Of a stretch of 64,000 nt of DNA, positions 62,789 to 64,000 are shown piece after piece. How positions within the stretch are numbered: position 1 is the first letter of the stretch; the number at the start of each line of letters is the position of its first letter. The DNA comes from Scyliorhinus canicula (taxonomy: Eukaryota), in the NCBI RefSeq assembly GCF_902713615.1, contig NC_052147.1:52933549-52997548 (forward strand). Reading direction: 5' to 3'. Below the pieces are notes generated by a model. It did no database searches, was not told where the DNA came from, and saw nothing but the letters and a program-made list of their open reading frames with translations. Position numbers and translations under genes: made by a program.

Positions 62789-62985
62789 GGGCGGGATCCT
62801 CCCAGCCAGATGTTTCTCAGTGGTGAGAGGCGGCACATTGTTTGTTGGTGCTGGGAATCACTGCTCCGGCCGTTGTAAATGGGATATCCGATTGAAGTGA
62901 CCCCACGCTGCCGGGAAACCCGCAGACGGGGGTACGCTACCAGTGGGACCAGAGAATCCCAGTGAACAGCTGGAAAATTCTGGCC
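62789..62985. mobile_element. Small Harbinger-type MITE, decayed
   Basis: GGGCGGGATCCTCCCAGC ... GCTGGAAAATTCTGGCC termini. Confidence 0.65.
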
Positions 62986-63264
62986 TGTGCAAAAGAGGGT
63001 TACCCGTTGCTTATTGGGCCGTTTTATGCCACTGCCAATGGTCAATTTCACTCCCAATGTCTCTGCCCCTTTCTCTGAGTTGAAAACCTGCATAAAGTAA
63101 AGAGCCAACATAGATTTGAGGTGCAATTCAGCGGACTCAAGTTAAAGTCCGGCTTTGTGCACGTTTGGCAGAGAGTTTCACAATGGCCGTACTAAAGACA
63201 TTGTGGCCCATATTCAACAGCACATAGTGCCAAAAATTAGCAGTCACCATGGCAAGGAGGATTG

Positions 63265-63645
63265 AGTCCGCTGTTGGAAAAAGACCAATGACCTTCACCA
63301 GGCTGCAAGGCAAGTTACCACCTCTCTCCTGGCATCAGTTTCACCTGCCACCCCTCTAATTTCCAAACCCCCCCATCTCCCTGCCAATCGACTGTCTGGC
63401 ACCTCATACCCTCAACACATCTGATCTTTGTGCTTGTTCCTCAGAACCCTCTGGCACCCACCACCACAACACCTTTACGTCCAGGTGCGGTGCCCACACA
63501 TGCCATCTGCTATAGACCCTTTGACCCATCAAGCAGGTGGCTCCCAATACCCTCTCTTTAACCCCACAGGGGAAGATAGCCCATAATAAACGGGAAAGGG
63601 CCAAAGCGGGGAGGGGGGGAGGAATCCCAGAAAACCGAGTCCCTA
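63265..63645 (+). pseudogene. Second copy of the Harbinger Myb-like gene fragment (exon 1 end, intron, exon 2 start)
   Basis: RCWKKTNDLHQAA, intron colinear with the reverse complement of 27710-27965, acceptor CCCCACAG then GKIAHNKRERAKAG. Confidence 0.82.
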
Positions 63646-63654
63646 CCCTCTATG

Positions 63655-63995
63655 AGGTGTGGGTCTTGGAGATTGTGGGTTTGTCCGAGGAGAGGTGAGG
63701 ATACTGGGGTGGTCCTTGAAAACACCAGGGATCAGGAGGCGAATGAGGCCGGGGTCCTGACCTTTGTGTCCCTAGTAGCCCGGCGAAGGATTTTGCTACA
63801 ATGGAAGGACGCGAGGCCCCCAAGCATGGAGACCTGGATCAATGACATGGCGGGCTTCATTAAGCTTGAGAAGGTCAAATTTGCCCTGAGAGGGTCGGTA
63901 CAAGGGTTCTTTAAACGGTGGCAACCTTTCCTTGACTTTCTGGCTCAACGATAGGGTACTGGGACAGCAGCAGCAGCAACCCCGGGGGGGGGGTG
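63655..63995 (+). mobile_element. L1 ORF2 C-terminal fragment
   Basis: LVARRRILLQWKDARPPS..W..DMAGFIKLEKVKFALRGSVQGFFKRWQPFLDFL*. Confidence 0.9.
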
Positions 63996-64000
63996 AATTA

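Overview
Eukaryotic vertebrate DNA, almost certainly from a shark (catshark-like). The evidence is many HE1-type V-SINEs, SacSINE1-like DeuSINEs and HER1-type CR1 LINEs. I could not recognise any host protein-coding exon, rRNA, true tRNA gene or CRISPR array, so the window looks intronic or intergenic and is mostly transposon-derived. Retroelements: two CR1-type families, L2, fish-type L1 (one young copy with a 15-bp TSD and a near-intact 3' part of ORF2), Penelope (GIY-YIG) with hammerhead-ribozyme motifs in its terminal repeats, Gypsy remnants and solo LTRs with 5-bp TSDs. DNA transposons: hAT/Charlie-Buster elements, a deleted two-gene PIF/Harbinger element and many Harbinger-type MITEs. 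Most notable observations: (i) a 26-bp minisatellite of about 25 units made from the terminal inverted repeat of a small MITE, with an unexpanded relative in the same window; (ii) decayed minimal hammerheads in two Penelope termini; (iii) a 157-bp templated insertion with a 24-bp flanking duplication in the Harbinger Myb gene; (iv) SINE head/tail swapping; (v) a perfect 18-bp hairpin in unique DNA. Family names were assigned by motif recognition, not by database search, and boundaries of old fragments are approximate.
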